From the sequence record OR352942.1: a stretch of DNA of 64,000 bases. One strand, 5' to 3'. The notes under the pieces are model-generated. The model was not told the origin of the DNA. It made no database searches and saw nothing but the letters and a program-made list of their open reading frames with translations. Shown piece by piece: positions 53,701 through 64,000 of the stretch (within the stretch, counting starts at the first letter, position 1; every line of letters starts with the position of its first letter). Both the position numbers and the translations under genes were made by a program. Origin of the DNA: Escherichia phage AV112.

Positions 53701-54276
53701 TTGTTATTTACATTCTTCGACCCAATAGGATATAGTGCTAAAACAGTTAATAAGAATGCACCTACTATTCCTATGACAGACATATTTCGTAACTATAAAG
53801 AGTACTTTAAACGTGTTGCTGCCAATTATAGATTACGTTCTTATTACATTAAAGGCTCTCCGCGTCCTGAAGAACTAGCAAACATAATTTATGGCAACCC
53901 TCAATTATACTGGGTCCTTTTGATGTGTAATGACAACTATGATCCGTATTATGGCTGGATTACATCTCAGGAAGCAGCGTATCAAGCTTCTATTCAGAAA
54001 TATGCTAATGCCGGCGGCGACCAAGTTCTTTATCATATTAATGAAAATCATGAGAAATTTTACAATTTGGTTTCATATCCGGACGAGCCTTTAGTGTGGT
54101 ACGATAAAGGTGATGAAGCTCGTAAGTATCCGCAATATAAAGGACCTTTAGCTGCAGTAGATACTTATGAAGCGGCAGTATTAGATAATGAAAAACTTCG
54201 TAAAATAAAAATTGTTGCAAAAGAAGATATAAACTCGTTTATCACAGATTTGATTCGTGAGATGGAGATTGCATAA
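53701..54276 (+). CDS. 53: Baseplate wedge protein gp53
   Basis: 191 aa; MLFTFFDPIGYSAKTVNKNAPTIPMTDIFRNY is near-identical to recalled T4 gp53; the apparent start is TTG with AAGGAG upstream. Confidence 0.93.
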   Translation: MLFTFFDPIGYSAKTVNKNAPTIPMTDIFRNYKEYFKRVAANYRLRSYYIKGSPRPEELANIIYGNPQLYWVLLMCNDNYDPYYGWITSQEAAYQASIQKYANAGGDQVLYHINENHEKFYNLVSYPDEPLVWYDKGDEARKYPQYKGPLAAVDTYEAAVLDNEKLRKIKIVAKEDINSFITDLIREMEIA

Positions 54277-56009
54277 TGGAAATGATTAGCAGTAGCCTTA
54301 ATTGGTTCGTTGGTGTTGTCGAGGACAGAATGGACCCATTAAAACAAGGGCGAGTTCGAGTTCGAGTCGTTGGTCTTCATCCGGCGCAGAGAACACAAGG
54401 TGATGTACAAGGTATTCCTACAGAAAAACTTCCATGGATGACTGTTATTCAACCTATTACGTCTGCATCAATGTCAGGTATTGGTGGTTCTGTTACAGGT
54501 CCTGTTGAAGGAACTCGAGTATATGGTCATTTCTTAGACAAATGGAAAACAAACGGGATTGTACTTGGTACATACGGTGGAATAGTACGTGAAAAGCCTA
54601 ATAGACTTGAAGGTTTTTCAGACCCGACAGGCCAGTATCCGCGACGTTTAGGTAATGATACGAACGTACTAAACCAAGGTGGTGAAGCTGGTTATTATTC
54701 GAACTCTAACGTAATTCAAGATAACAACTTAGATTATGGTATAAACCCAGACGATACAGATTTAGCAAATATTCCAGAAGATGATGACCCTAATTTTACA
54801 ATAACAGAAATGTTACGTCGTGACGAAGGTCTTCGTGATAAAGTGTATTGGGACCATCTAGGGTATCCTACAGTAGGTATTGGACACCTTATCGTAATGG
54901 AAAAGACCCGAGACATGACTCGAATTAATAAATTGTTATCCGATCAAGTAGGGCGTGAAGTAACAGGAAATCCGGGAACTATTACATTAGAAGAAGCAAC
55001 AGCGTTATTTGAGAAGGACCTTGCTAAGATGCAGAAAGACATTCGTTCTAATTCTAAAGTAGGTCCTGTTTATGCTAAAATGAACAGATCTCGCCAAATG
55101 GCATTAGAAAACATGTGCTTCCAGATGGGCGTTGGCGGTGTAGCAAAATTCAATACTATGCTTAAAGCAATGGCCACAGGCGATTGGAAAACCGCATACA
55201 AATCTGGGCGCGATTCGTTATGGTTCCAACAGACTAAAGGGCGTGCTTCACGTGTAACAACAATTATTTTAACTGGTAACATGGAATCATATGGCGTTCC
55301 TGTTAAAACACCACCTTCACCAGGAGTTGGTGCCGATTTAGTTACTAGAAATACCGATCCAGAAGACCCAGCTGGTCCTCCTGTTCCGTTAGATTCACGT
55401 ATCCTTTTTAAAGAACCGGAATCAAGTTATCGTGGTGAGTATCCATATGTTCATGCTATGGAAACAGAAAGCGGTCATATCCAAGAATTTGACGATACTC
55501 CAGGTAATGAACGTTATCGCTTAGTTCATCCAACAGGGTCATATGAGGAAGTTTCTCCGTCTGGGCGTCGTACTCGTAAAACTGTAGAAGACCTTTTTGA
55601 CATCACTAATGGCGACGGGAACTTCTTGATTTCTGGTGATAAACTTGTTAACGTTGGTGCTAATGAAATATATTATAATATGGCAGACCGCCTCCATCAA
55701 ATAGACGGCAATGACACAATCTTTATTCGTGGTAACCAATCTAAAACTGTTGAAGGTGATGGAACTCTTTACGTTAAGGGTAATATCAAAATAGTCGTTG
55801 ACGGAAATGCAGATATTCTTGTTAAAGGTGATGCTAAAACTCAGGTCGAAGGGAATCATGATTACACCGTCAACGGAAACGTTAAATGGACTGTTAATGG
55901 TAATGTTGATATGACTGTTGCTGGGGATTGGGCAGAAACAATGTCTACAATGAGCTCAGTAGCTTCAGGACAATACACTGTTGACGGATCTCGTATTGAT
56001 ATTGGGTAA
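54276..56009 (+). CDS. 5: Baseplate hub and tail lysozyme gp5
   Basis: 577 aa; N-terminal OB domain, central lysozyme domain (GLRDKVYWDHLGYPTVGIGHL) and C-terminal beta-helix repeats (VEGDGTLYVKGNIKIVVDGN...). Confidence 0.95.
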   Translation: MEMISSSLNWFVGVVEDRMDPLKQGRVRVRVVGLHPAQRTQGDVQGIPTEKLPWMTVIQPITSASMSGIGGSVTGPVEGTRVYGHFLDKWKTNGIVLGTYGGIVREKPNRLEGFSDPTGQYPRRLGNDTNVLNQGGEAGYYSNSNVIQDNNLDYGINPDDTDLANIPEDDDPNFTITEMLRRDEGLRDKVYWDHLGYPTVGIGHLIVMEKTRDMTRINKLLSDQVGREVTGNPGTITLEEATALFEKDLAKMQKDIRSNSKVGPVYAKMNRSRQMALENMCFQMGVGGVAKFNTMLKAMATGDWKTAYKSGRDSLWFQQTKGRASRVTTIILTGNMESYGVPVKTPPSPGVGADLVTRNTDPEDPAGPPVPLDSRILFKEPESSYRGEYPYVHAMETESGHIQEFDDTPGNERYRLVHPTGSYEEVSPSGRRTRKTVEDLFDITNGDGNFLISGDKLVNVGANEIYYNMADRLHQIDGNDTIFIRGNQSKTVEGDGTLYVKGNIKIVVDGNADILVKGDAKTQVEGNHDYTVNGNVKWTVNGNVDMTVAGDWAETMSTMSSVASGQYTVDGSRIDIG

Positions 56010-56012
56010 CAT

Positions 56013-56528
56013 ATGGCACAAATACTTCCTTTAAATACCGACTTAGGAGAAGACATGGAAGGGGCGTCTATTGACGTCCTTTTTACTCCACAGTTAGAAA
56101 CAACCGAAACTTTAGTGTCAATAAATATAACAGATTATGAACCGACACAAGGCATTACGGTAGATGGTAATCGTTTATATGGAACATATGAAAGTGTGTT
56201 TAGCTTTTCTTCGGATGCATTGAAATACCGATTAAATGACGATTTTGAAACCGCATCTTCATGGGACGATTTACCAAAAGATGAATCCACACAGTTATAT
56301 TTGTGGAGAGCTCCTCAGAATCTTCGTAAAGTGTTTAGTTATACGGTTGAAATGATTTATAACTACCAAGAAGAAAGTTCATCAGGCGGCTCTAGAAGTG
56401 ACTCTGGTACAGAACCTCCACCGGCTCCAGTACAAAAAACTCTTACTAAGGTTTATACAAAAACTATAGTAGGAAATTGGAGCAAATGGGCTCGACAATT
56501 ACGAAACTATGTTTATGTGAGGCCGTGA
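56013..56528 (+). CDS. Hypothetical protein gp5.1 (by position)
   Basis: 171 aa ORF between 5 and 5.4. Confidence 0.55.
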   Translation: MAQILPLNTDLGEDMEGASIDVLFTPQLETTETLVSINITDYEPTQGITVDGNRLYGTYESVFSFSSDALKYRLNDDFETASSWDDLPKDESTQLYLWRAPQNLRKVFSYTVEMIYNYQEESSSGGSRSDSGTEPPPAPVQKTLTKVYTKTIVGNWSKWARQLRNYVYVRP

Positions 56529-56530
56529 AA

Positions 56531-56824
56531 ATGTCTGGCTTAAGTTACGACAAGTGCGTTACAGCAGGTCATGAAGCATGGCCTCCTACTGTAATAAATG
56601 CTTCCCAATCTAAAGTGTTCACCGGTGGTATTCCTGTTCTTGTGGCAGGAGACCAAATAACACCTCATACAGAAACTAAAAAACCATACGAGACTCATGG
56701 AGGTGTTACTGAACCTCGTACATCTAAAGTATACGTCACCGGTAAAAAGGCCGTTCAAATGGCCGACCCAATTTCATGCGGGGATACTGTTTCTCAGGCC
56801 TCGTCAAAAGTCTTTATAAAATAG
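56531..56824 (+). CDS. 5.4: PAAR-repeat spike-tip protein gp5.4
   Basis: Start trimmed to [19 protein letters not shown] (97 aa); PAAR-like repeats. Confidence 0.8.
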   Translation: MSGLSYDKCVTAGHEAWPPTVINASQSKVFTGGIPVLVAGDQITPHTETKKPYETHGGVTEPRTSKVYVTGKKAVQMADPISCGDTVSQASSKVFIK

Positions 56825-56832
56825 GAATTAAA

Positions 56833-58806
56833 ATGGCAAACACTCCTGTAAATTATCAATTAACCCGAACAGCGAATGCTATTCCCGAGATTTTTATCGG
56901 GGGCACATTTGCCGAAATCAAACAGAACATTATCGAATGGCTCAATGGACAGAATGAATTTCTTGATTATGATTTTGAAGGTTCGCGTTTAAACGTATTG
57001 TGTGACCTTTTAGCATATAACACTCTTTACATCCAACAGTTCAGTAATAGTGCAGTGTATGAAAGTTTTATGCGTACTGCAAACTTGCGTAGTTCTGTTG
57101 TACAAGCGGCTCAAGATAACGGATATCTGCCTTCATCTAAATCAGCAGCACAAACAGAAATTATGCTCACATGTACGGATGCATTAAATAGAAACTATAT
57201 CACCATTCCACGCGGCACTCGTTTCTTAGCATACGCTAAAGATACTTCTGTTAACCCGTATAACTTTGTTTCTACTGAAGATGTCATTGTAGTTAAAGAC
57301 AAAAATAACCAATATTTTCCACGTCTTCGATTAGCTCAAGGACGTATTGTTCGCACTGAATTAACATTTGATAGATTAAAACCTATCATTATTCGTGATA
57401 AGAATATTGACCGTAATTTGGTTAAGTTGTATGTTGACGGAGCAGAATGGATTAACTGGACTCGTAAGTCGATGGTTCACGCTGGTTCTACGTCAACAAT
57501 CTATTATATGCGTGAAACAGTTGATGGGAACACTGAATTTTATTTTGGTGAAGGCGAAATTTCTATTAACACATCAGAAGGTGCGTTAACATCTAACTAT
57601 ATTGGTGGCCTTAAACCTGTTCAGGGTTCTAAAATTGTAATTGAGTATATTTCTACTAACGGCGCAGATGCTAACGGTGCTGTAGGATTTTCTTATGCCG
57701 ATACATTAGCTAATATCACGGTAATCGGTATTAACGAGAACCCTAGCAATAACCCAGACTTTGTTGGGGCTGATGGTGGTGGCGACCCTGAAGATATTGA
57801 ACGTATCCGCGAATTAGGCACAATTAAACGCGAAACTCAACAACGTTGTGTAACTGCTTCCGACTATGACACATTCGTCTCTGAGCGGTTTGGTTCTATT
57901 ATTCAAGCGGTTCAAACATTCACAGATTCATCTAAGCCTGGGTACGCATTTATTGCTGCTAAACCTAAGTCTGGGTTGTATTTGACTTCTGTTCAACGTG
58001 ATGATATCAAAAACTATTTAAATGATTATAACTTAGGGACTATTACACCTGTTGTTATTTCGCCTGATTATTTGTTTATCAAAATGAATATCAAAGTTAC
58101 GTACGCGTTGAATAAACTCCAAGAATCAGAACAATATCTTGAAGGGCAGATTATTAATAAAATAGACCGTTATTATATTGAAGATGTAGAAATTTTTAAC
58201 TCATCATTTGCAAAATCTAAAATGCTAACTTATGTCGATGATGCAGATATTTCTATTATTGGTTCTTCAGCTACTATTCAAATGGTTCGCGAAGTACAAA
58301 ACTTCTATAAAACGCCTGAGGCCGGTATTAAATACAATAATCAGATTAAAGATAGATCGATGGAATCTAATATATTCTCGTTTGATTCACACAGACCTAA
58401 TCCAGAAAATGCAAACGAAACTATTAAATATGGTGTTCGCATAGTATCTTCTGACCGTAATGACCGTGGCATAGGTCAAGTTATTATTGGTCCATTTGCA
58501 GACGGCGATGTTGTTGAAAACGAAAATATACAACCTTATACAGGTAATGATTTTAATAAACTTACTGTTACTGACGGACGAAACAAATACTATTCAATTG
58601 GTGAAGTGAATTATCCTGCCGATTCGATTTATTGGAACATTGCTAAAATTGACCTCACTTCAGACCGTTTTGAAGTTCAAACAATTGAACTTTATTCCGA
58701 CCCTGCAGATGATATTATTTTTACAAAGGATGGTTCTTTAATCGTATTCGAAAATGACTTACGTCCTCAGTACTTAACTATAGATTTGGAGCCTATTTCA
58801 CAATGA
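56833..58806 (+). CDS. 6: Baseplate wedge protein gp6
   Basis: Start trimmed to MANTPVNYQLTRTANAIPEIF, which matches the recalled T4 gp6 N-terminus. Confidence 0.93.
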   Translation: MANTPVNYQLTRTANAIPEIFIGGTFAEIKQNIIEWLNGQNEFLDYDFEGSRLNVLCDLLAYNTLYIQQFSNSAVYESFMRTANLRSSVVQAAQDNGYLPSSKSAAQTEIMLTCTDALNRNYITIPRGTRFLAYAKDTSVNPYNFVSTEDVIVVKDKNNQYFPRLRLAQGRIVRTELTFDRLKPIIIRDKNIDRNLVKLYVDGAEWINWTRKSMVHAGSTSTIYYMRETVDGNTEFYFGEGEISINTSEGALTSNYIGGLKPVQGSKIVIEYISTNGADANGAVGFSYADTLANITVIGINENPSNNPDFVGADGGGDPEDIERIRELGTIKRETQQRCVTASDYDTFVSERFGSIIQAVQTFTDSSKPGYAFIAAKPKSGLYLTSVQRDDIKNYLNDYNLGTITPVVISPDYLFIKMNIKVTYALNKLQESEQYLEGQIINKIDRYYIEDVEIFNSSFAKSKMLTYVDDADISIIGSSATIQMVREVQNFYKTPEAGIKYNNQIKDRSMESNIFSFDSHRPNPENANETIKYGVRIVSSDRNDRGIGQVIIGPFADGDVVENENIQPYTGNDFNKLTVTDGRNKYYSIGEVNYPADSIYWNIAKIDLTSDRFEVQTIELYSDPADDIIFTKDGSLIVFENDLRPQYLTIDLEPISQ

Positions 58807-61800
58807 CAGTAAAAGCGCCAGCAGTCACAAGTCTCAGAATATCCAAGTTGTCCGCTAACCAAGTTCAAATACGCTGGGATGACGTTGGTGCTAATTTCTA
58901 CTATTTCGTAGAAATCGCTGAGACTAAAACGTCAGACGGGGAAATAATTCCACCTGCCAACTACAGATGGGTAAATTTAGGATATACTCCTAATAGCAAC
59001 TGGTTCGAAAATAGCTTAGACCCATTAACTTCTTATATTATTCGTGTATCAACTGCCGCCGAAGGCTTCGAGAGATCTGATTGGGTATATACCGAAATAT
59101 TTGAATCATTTCAGACCAACGCGTATACATTTCAACATATGATTGAAATGCAATTGGCTAACAGTTTTATTAGAGAAAAATTTACAAATAACAACATGGC
59201 TTATGTCGATTTTAATAACGACACTATAATGGCAGCTCTAATGAATGAATCGTTCCAATTTAGCCCTGCTTATGCGGATATTTCATCTATTAAAAATTTC
59301 ATTATTGGCGAAAATGAGTATCATGAAATTCAAGGTTCGATTCAACAGGTGTGTCATGATATAAACCGTGTTTATTTGATGGAATCCGAAGGAATTCTTT
59401 ATTTGTTTGAACGGTATCAGCCTGTGGTTAAAGTCTCTAATGATAAGGGACAAACCTGGAAATCGGTTAAATTGTTTAATGACCGTGTAGGGTACCCTGT
59501 ATCAAGAACAGTGTATTACCAGACGGATCACACCACGTATGTTCTTGGGTATGATAAATTATTTTACGGCCGTAAATCAACCGACGTTCGTTGGTCTGCC
59601 GATGATGTGAGATTTAGTTCTCAAGATATAACATTTGCTAAAATTGGCGACCAATTAAATTTAGGATTTGATGTAGAAATATTTGGTAACTACGCATCAT
59701 TACCTGCTAACGTATCACGTATTGCAGAAGCTATCGTTTGCAATGACGATTATGTATACGTTGCTGCTCGAGATAAAGTTCGTTTTATTAAAACTAGTAA
59801 TGCCCCTATTGATTCGGACCCGTTATCTCCGACATATTCCGAACGTTTGTTTGAACAAGAAACATTTAACATCACAGGTAACCCTAAGGCAGTTTGCTAT
59901 AAAATGGATTCTGTCGGTGGTAAAATATTTGCACTGATTGTCGGTGAAGTTGTTAATCTTAATGACGACCCGAGGACCACTCCTATTGTTGATTCTGCTG
60001 ATAAGGGTGTTTACGTTCTAGACCATGATGCTGGCACATTTAAACGTGTGTTTGGTAATACTGAAGAAGAACGCCGTCGTATTGAACCTGGGTACACCAG
60101 TATGTCTACTGATGGTGTTGAGTTATCTATTTCATCTAGTAATTTTAAATTTTTAGAATCAGATATTGTTGATGACCAAAAAACACAAGTCAAGTACGGT
60201 TTAAACGGTGCTGTTAAATACGAGTATCCTCGCGAATGGTTGGCTGATAAACATTATCATATGATGTCATTTATTTCAACTGAAGACTCTCAATGGGAAT
60301 CGTTCACTCCTCAACCGATGGAATACTATGCTGAGCCATTCTTTAGTTATTCTAGAAAGTCTGGTACTCGTTGTTGGATTAATAACTCAGACAAGGCCGT
60401 TGTAATTTATTCTGATTTACTTTACACTAAGGTTATTGAGAGTCATCCACTTAGTTCTCCAGACCGTGAAGTTCATGAATATTGGAAGGACGGTGACTGT
60501 ACAATAGTGATGCCTAACGTAGATTTCACCGGATTTAAAAAATATGCATCTGGCATGATTTTCTATAAAGCATCAGGTGAGATTATTTCTTATTATGATT
60601 TTAGTTACCGTGTTAGAGATAATGTTTCTATAATTTGGAAGCCTACTAATGTATTCTTAACAGCATCGTTACAAAACCAAGAAAAAGATACCACATGGTC
60701 TCCTGTGGAAGAGAACGGTATTGCGGACCCAGATTTACGACCATTGCTCACTACAATGATGCCGGAGTCTTATCTTTTAGATAATACAAACTTCGAAGCA
60801 TTCTGCGAGGCTTATATTCAGTATCTTTCTGACGGCTATGGGACCCATTATAACAACCTTTTAAATCTTATTAAAAATCAATATCCGCGAGAAGAACATG
60901 CGTGGGAATATTTATGGTCTGAGATTTATAAACGAAACATTTACTTAAACGCCGAAAAACGCGATTTAGTGTCTCGTTTCTTTGAATCAAGAAGTTATGA
61001 CTTCTATTCAACTAAAGGAACTGAAGCATCATATAAATTCTTGTTTAAAGTGCTTTATAATGAAGATGTTGAAATTGAAATTGAATCTAGTTCCGGGACC
61101 GAATATGATATCATCATTGAATCTGATTCGTTGACAGAAGATTTGGTCGGACAAACCATATACACCGCTACAGGACGTTGTAATGTGACGTATATCGAGA
61201 GAAGTTACTCTAAAGGTAAATTACAATGGGCTGTAACAATTCACAACCTCTTAGGTCGTTTAATCCAAGGACAGGAAGTTAAAGCTGAAAGACTCCCTGG
61301 TTTTGAAGGTGAAATTGTTCGTGGTATTAAAGGTAAGGAGCTTTCTCAGAACAACATCGATTACATAAATCGTGGTAGAGCATACTACGTAATGAAGATT
61401 AAATCTAAACTTCCATCATCTCGTTGGAAATCAGACGTATTACGTTTTGTTCATCCGGTTGGATTTGGATTTATCGCAATTACCCTTCTCACAATGTTTA
61501 TTAACACCGGATTAACACTTAAACATGTTGAAACCATTATTAATAAATACAAAAACTATAAGTGGGATTCTGGATTACCGACTAAATATGCAGACCGAGT
61601 GGCTAAATTAGACCCACAAGGAAATGTTGAGTTTAACCCTATTACAGGTGAAGCGATATATGAAATAGGCCCTATGGCTGGTCAAGATTATCCATTGCCT
61701 GAAGATTATAACGCTGAAAACAATAACTCCATATTTCAAGGTCAACTTCCATCGGAACGACGTAAACTGATGAGCCCATTATTTGATGCGTCCGGAACAA

Positions 61801-61901
61801 CATTCTCTAGATTTAGAGATTTGGTTGAACAACGGTTAATCGATAATGTAGGAAATCCAAGAGACCCCGTGAATCCACCACAGGTTAAATTAGATGAATG
61901 A
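58803..61901 (+). CDS. 7: Baseplate wedge protein gp7
   Basis: 1032 aa, the same length as T4 gp7, in the same position. Confidence 0.9.
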   Translation: MTVKAPAVTSLRISKLSANQVQIRWDDVGANFYYFVEIAETKTSDGEIIPPANYRWVNLGYTPNSNWFENSLDPLTSYIIRVSTAAEGFERSDWVYTEIFESFQTNAYTFQHMIEMQLANSFIREKFTNNNMAYVDFNNDTIMAALMNESFQFSPAYADISSIKNFIIGENEYHEIQGSIQQVCHDINRVYLMESEGILYLFERYQPVVKVSNDKGQTWKSVKLFNDRVGYPVSRTVYYQTDHTTYVLGYDKLFYGRKSTDVRWSADDVRFSSQDITFAKIGDQLNLGFDVEIFGNYASLPANVSRIAEAIVCNDDYVYVAARDKVRFIKTSNAPIDSDPLSPTYSERLFEQETFNITGNPKAVCYKMDSVGGKIFALIVGEVVNLNDDPRTTPIVDSADKGVYVLDHDAGTFKRVFGNTEEERRRIEPGYTSMSTDGVELSISSSNFKFLESDIVDDQKTQVKYGLNGAVKYEYPREWLADKHYHMMSFISTEDSQWESFTPQPMEYYAEPFFSYSRKSGTRCWINNSDKAVVIYSDLLYTKVIESHPLSSPDREVHEYWKDGDCTIVMPNVDFTGFKKYASGMIFYKASGEIISYYDFSYRVRDNVSIIWKPTNVFLTASLQNQEKDTTWSPVEENGIADPDLRPLLTTMMPESYLLDNTNFEAFCEAYIQYLSDGYGTHYNNLLNLIKNQYPREEHAWEYLWSEIYKRNIYLNAEKRDLVSRFFESRSYDFYSTKGTEASYKFLFKVLYNEDVEIEIESSSGTEYDIIIESDSLTEDLVGQTIYTATGRCNVTYIERSYSKGKLQWAVTIHNLLGRLIQGQEVKAERLPGFEGEIVRGIKGKELSQNNIDYINRGRAYYVMKIKSKLPSSRWKSDVLRFVHPVGFGFIAITLLTMFINTGLTLKHVETIINKYKNYKWDSGLPTKYADRVAKLDPQGNVEFNPITGEAIYEIGPMAGQDYPLPEDYNAENNNSIFQGQLPSERRKLMSPLFDASGTTFSRFRDLVEQRLIDNVGNPRDPVNPPQVKLDE

Positions 61902-62898
61902 TTCAAGTGTTATCTATCGTGCAATAGTTACATCAAAATTTAGAACAGAGAAAATGCTGAATTTTTATAATTCAGTCGGGGATGGAGATGATAAGAACTC
62001 CATTTATATTACGTTTGGACGTTCAGAGCCTTGGGCGTCAAATGAAAATGAGGTGGGCTTCGCCCCACCTTATCCTACAGATTCTGTTCTTGGTGTTACT
62101 GATATGTGGACCCATATGATGGGTACCGTTAAAGTTTTACCTTCAATGTTAGATTCTGTTATTCCTAGACGTGATTGGGGAGATGTGCGATATCCAGACC
62201 CTTACACGTTTAGAATTAACGATATAGTCGCATGTAATACTGCTCCGTACAACGCGACAGAAGTTGGAGCTGGTTGGTTAATTTACCGTTGTTTAGATGT
62301 CCCTGACGTAGGGCTCTGTTCAATAGAATCTTTAGATAATAAAGATGAATGTCTTAAATTAGGTGGTAAATGGACTCCGTCTGTTCGTTCTATGTCTCCT
62401 CCTGAAGGCAGAGGCGATGCTAATGGGGTTATCGAAACTGGTGATGGATATATTTGGGAATACCTTTATGAGATTCCTGCCGATGTGTCAATTAACCGTT
62501 GCACTAATGAATATCTTGTAGTTCCATGGCCGGAAGAAATTAAAGAAGACCCAACCCGTTGGGGATATGAAAATAACTTAACTTGGCAACAAGACGACTA
62601 TGGCTTGATTTACCGTGTTAAAGCCAATACGATGCGGTTTAAAGCATATTTTGATTCTGTTTATTTCCCTGAGGCAGCTTTGCCTGGTAACAAGGGTTTT
62701 AGGCAGATATCAATTATCGCAAACCCGTTAGAAGCTAAGAAAAATCCAAATGACCCTAATGTTAAAGCAGAAAAAGATTATTACGACCCTAGAGACCTGC
62801 AGCGTCATTCCGGTGAAATGATTTATATGGAAAACCGACCACCTGTTATTATGGCAATGGACCAAACAGAAGAAATTAACATTTTGTTTATGTTTTAA
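61894..62898 (+). CDS. 8: Baseplate wedge protein gp8
   Basis: 334 aa, the same length as T4 gp8. Confidence 0.9.
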   Translation: MNDSSVIYRAIVTSKFRTEKMLNFYNSVGDGDDKNSIYITFGRSEPWASNENEVGFAPPYPTDSVLGVTDMWTHMMGTVKVLPSMLDSVIPRRDWGDVRYPDPYTFRINDIVACNTAPYNATEVGAGWLIYRCLDVPDVGLCSIESLDNKDECLKLGGKWTPSVRSMSPPEGRGDANGVIETGDGYIWEYLYEIPADVSINRCTNEYLVVPWPEEIKEDPTRWGYENNLTWQQDDYGLIYRVKANTMRFKAYFDSVYFPEAALPGNKGFRQISIIANPLEAKKNPNDPNVKAEKDYYDPRDLQRHSGEMIYMENRPPVIMAMDQTEEINILFMF

Positions 62899-62901
62899 TT
62901 A

Positions 62902-62925
62902 GGGAGCCTTCGGGCTCCCATTTTT
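62902..62925 (+). terminator. Rho-independent terminator after gene 8
   Basis: GGGAGCC-ttcg-GGCTCCC hairpin followed by aTTTTT. Confidence 0.7.
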
Positions 62926-62930
62926 GTATC

Positions 62931-62938
62931 TATAAATA
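62931..62938 (+). promoter_or_regulatory. T4-type late promoter TATAAATA for gene 9
   Basis: Exact TATAAATA 33 nt upstream of the gene 9 ATG. Confidence 0.7.
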
Positions 62939-62970
62939 GAATATAATATCGGACAACAAAAGGCAGAATT

Positions 62971-63843
62971 ATGGCATTTTTTAAGCAAACTCCTAAACAA
63001 TTAATCGATACCGGCGAAATTGGTAATGCCTCAACAGGTGATATCTTATTCGACGGTGGTAATAAAATAAATGACGATATCAACGCTATTTACAATGCAT
63101 TTGGCGATCAACGTAAAATGGCTGTAGCAGATGGAACCGGACCTACAGGTCAAACTATTCATGCCACAGGTTATTATCAAAAAGGAAAGGCGGTCGATTA
63201 TCAAACTCCTATTAAACCCGGCACCATGCATGATATTGATGCTTCTGATGGTGGTGTGATTGTTATTATTGACCGTCCTGAATTAGGTGACTCTGTAGAA
63301 TTCATAAACTCTAATGGGTCTATTTCTGTTAACAATCCTTTAAGTATCCAAGTAACCGATGGTTCAATTAAAGGCGTTCTTAATAATCTTGTTATTTCCA
63401 CCCCTTATACCCATGTTGTTCTTCGTTGTATTGAACTTAATGGGACAACTTCAGTATGGAATTATTCTACTGATAGCATGTTTGGGCAGAAAGAATCTCC
63501 TGTCGATGGGACCTGGAGTCTTACAGGAAACACAGTTTCTATTCCTCTGTTTTATCGCACAGATTATAACATGGCTAAATTGCTTGTTACATGTCAATCC
63601 GCCGACGGTAGAAAAATAAAAACATGCGAAATAAATATTCTAATAGATACAATTAACTCAGAAGTTCTTTCTACCGAATTTGCAGTAATGCGAGTTGGTA
63701 ATGTAGATGAAACCGACGAGATTGCTAATATTAGCTTTAGTATTATTAACAACTTTGTTACTATGACGATTACATCTGATATTATTGGATTACGTTCAGC
63801 AGTTAAAATTATCTCAACTCAGAAAATTGGGGTCGCTCAATAA
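62971..63843 (+). CDS. 9: Baseplate wedge / tail-fibre socket protein gp9
   Basis: 290 aa (T4 gp9 is 288 aa); position between 8 and 10. Confidence 0.88.
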   Translation: MAFFKQTPKQLIDTGEIGNASTGDILFDGGNKINDDINAIYNAFGDQRKMAVADGTGPTGQTIHATGYYQKGKAVDYQTPIKPGTMHDIDASDGGVIVIIDRPELGDSVEFINSNGSISVNNPLSIQVTDGSIKGVLNNLVISTPYTHVVLRCIELNGTTSVWNYSTDSMFGQKESPVDGTWSLTGNTVSIPLFYRTDYNMAKLLVTCQSADGRKIKTCEINILIDTINSEVLSTEFAVMRVGNVDETDEIANISFSIINNFVTMTITSDIIGLRSAVKIISTQKIGVAQ

Positions 63844-64000
63844 TGAAACAAAATATTAAAATTGGTAACGTCGTTGATGACGGACAAGGCGATTACCTTC
63901 GTCGAGGTGGTGAAAAAATAAATGAGAACTTTGACGAAATCTATTATGAATTAGGTGATGGTGAAGTTCCTTATTCCGCTGGTGCATGGAAGACTTATGA
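63843..64000 (+). CDS. 10: Baseplate wedge protein gp10 (5' partial, runs off the window)
   Basis: Translation MKQNIKIGNVVDDGQGDYLRRGGEKINENFDEIYYELGDGEVPYSAGAWKTY matches the recalled T4 gp10 N-terminus; the ATG overlaps the gene 9 stop (TAATG). Confidence 0.85.
   Translation, partial: MKQNIKIGNVVDDGQGDYLRRGGEKINENFDEIYYELGDGEVPYSAGAWKTY

Overview
This window is a contiguous segment of a T4-like myovirus genome (Tevenvirinae) whose gene content and order match the RB69-type lineage rather than T4 itself. No search tools were available: every call rests on reading the supplied ORF translations against recalled T4 protein sequences, on motifs, on synteny, and on manual folding of the tRNA region. 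Coordinates for CDS include the stop codon. From 49 to 53639 almost all genes are on the minus strand in T4 order: a sugar-nucleotide module, DNA polymerase gp43, regA, 62, 44, 45, rpbA, 46, 47, 55, nrdH/nrdG/nrdD, 49, nrdC, a long accessory block, rI, tk, vs genes, regB, denV, internal-protein genes, e, nudE, a second accessory block, a 10-tRNA cluster, ipI, 57B, 57A, 1, 3, 2, 4. From 53701 the late baseplate genes 53, 5, 5.1, 5.4, 6, 7, 8, 9 and the start of 10 run on the plus strand. The most notable point is that alpha-glucosyltransferase is missing from its T4 position between 47 and 55, and the locus immediately downstream of gene 43 (49..2937) instead carries a SIS-type sugar-phosphate isomerase, a fused sugar-1-phosphate nucleotidyltransferase/kinase and a HAD phosphatase. 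That fits a non-glucose hydroxymethylcytosine sugar modification such as the arabinosylation reported for RB69. Other points of interest are two free-standing homing endonuclease genes, seven internal-protein-like genes, candidate anti-CBASS genes, a nucleotidyltransferase-fold protein in the accessory block, and several paralogous small-protein families and repeated promoter and terminator elements. No CRISPR array, rRNA or intron was found.
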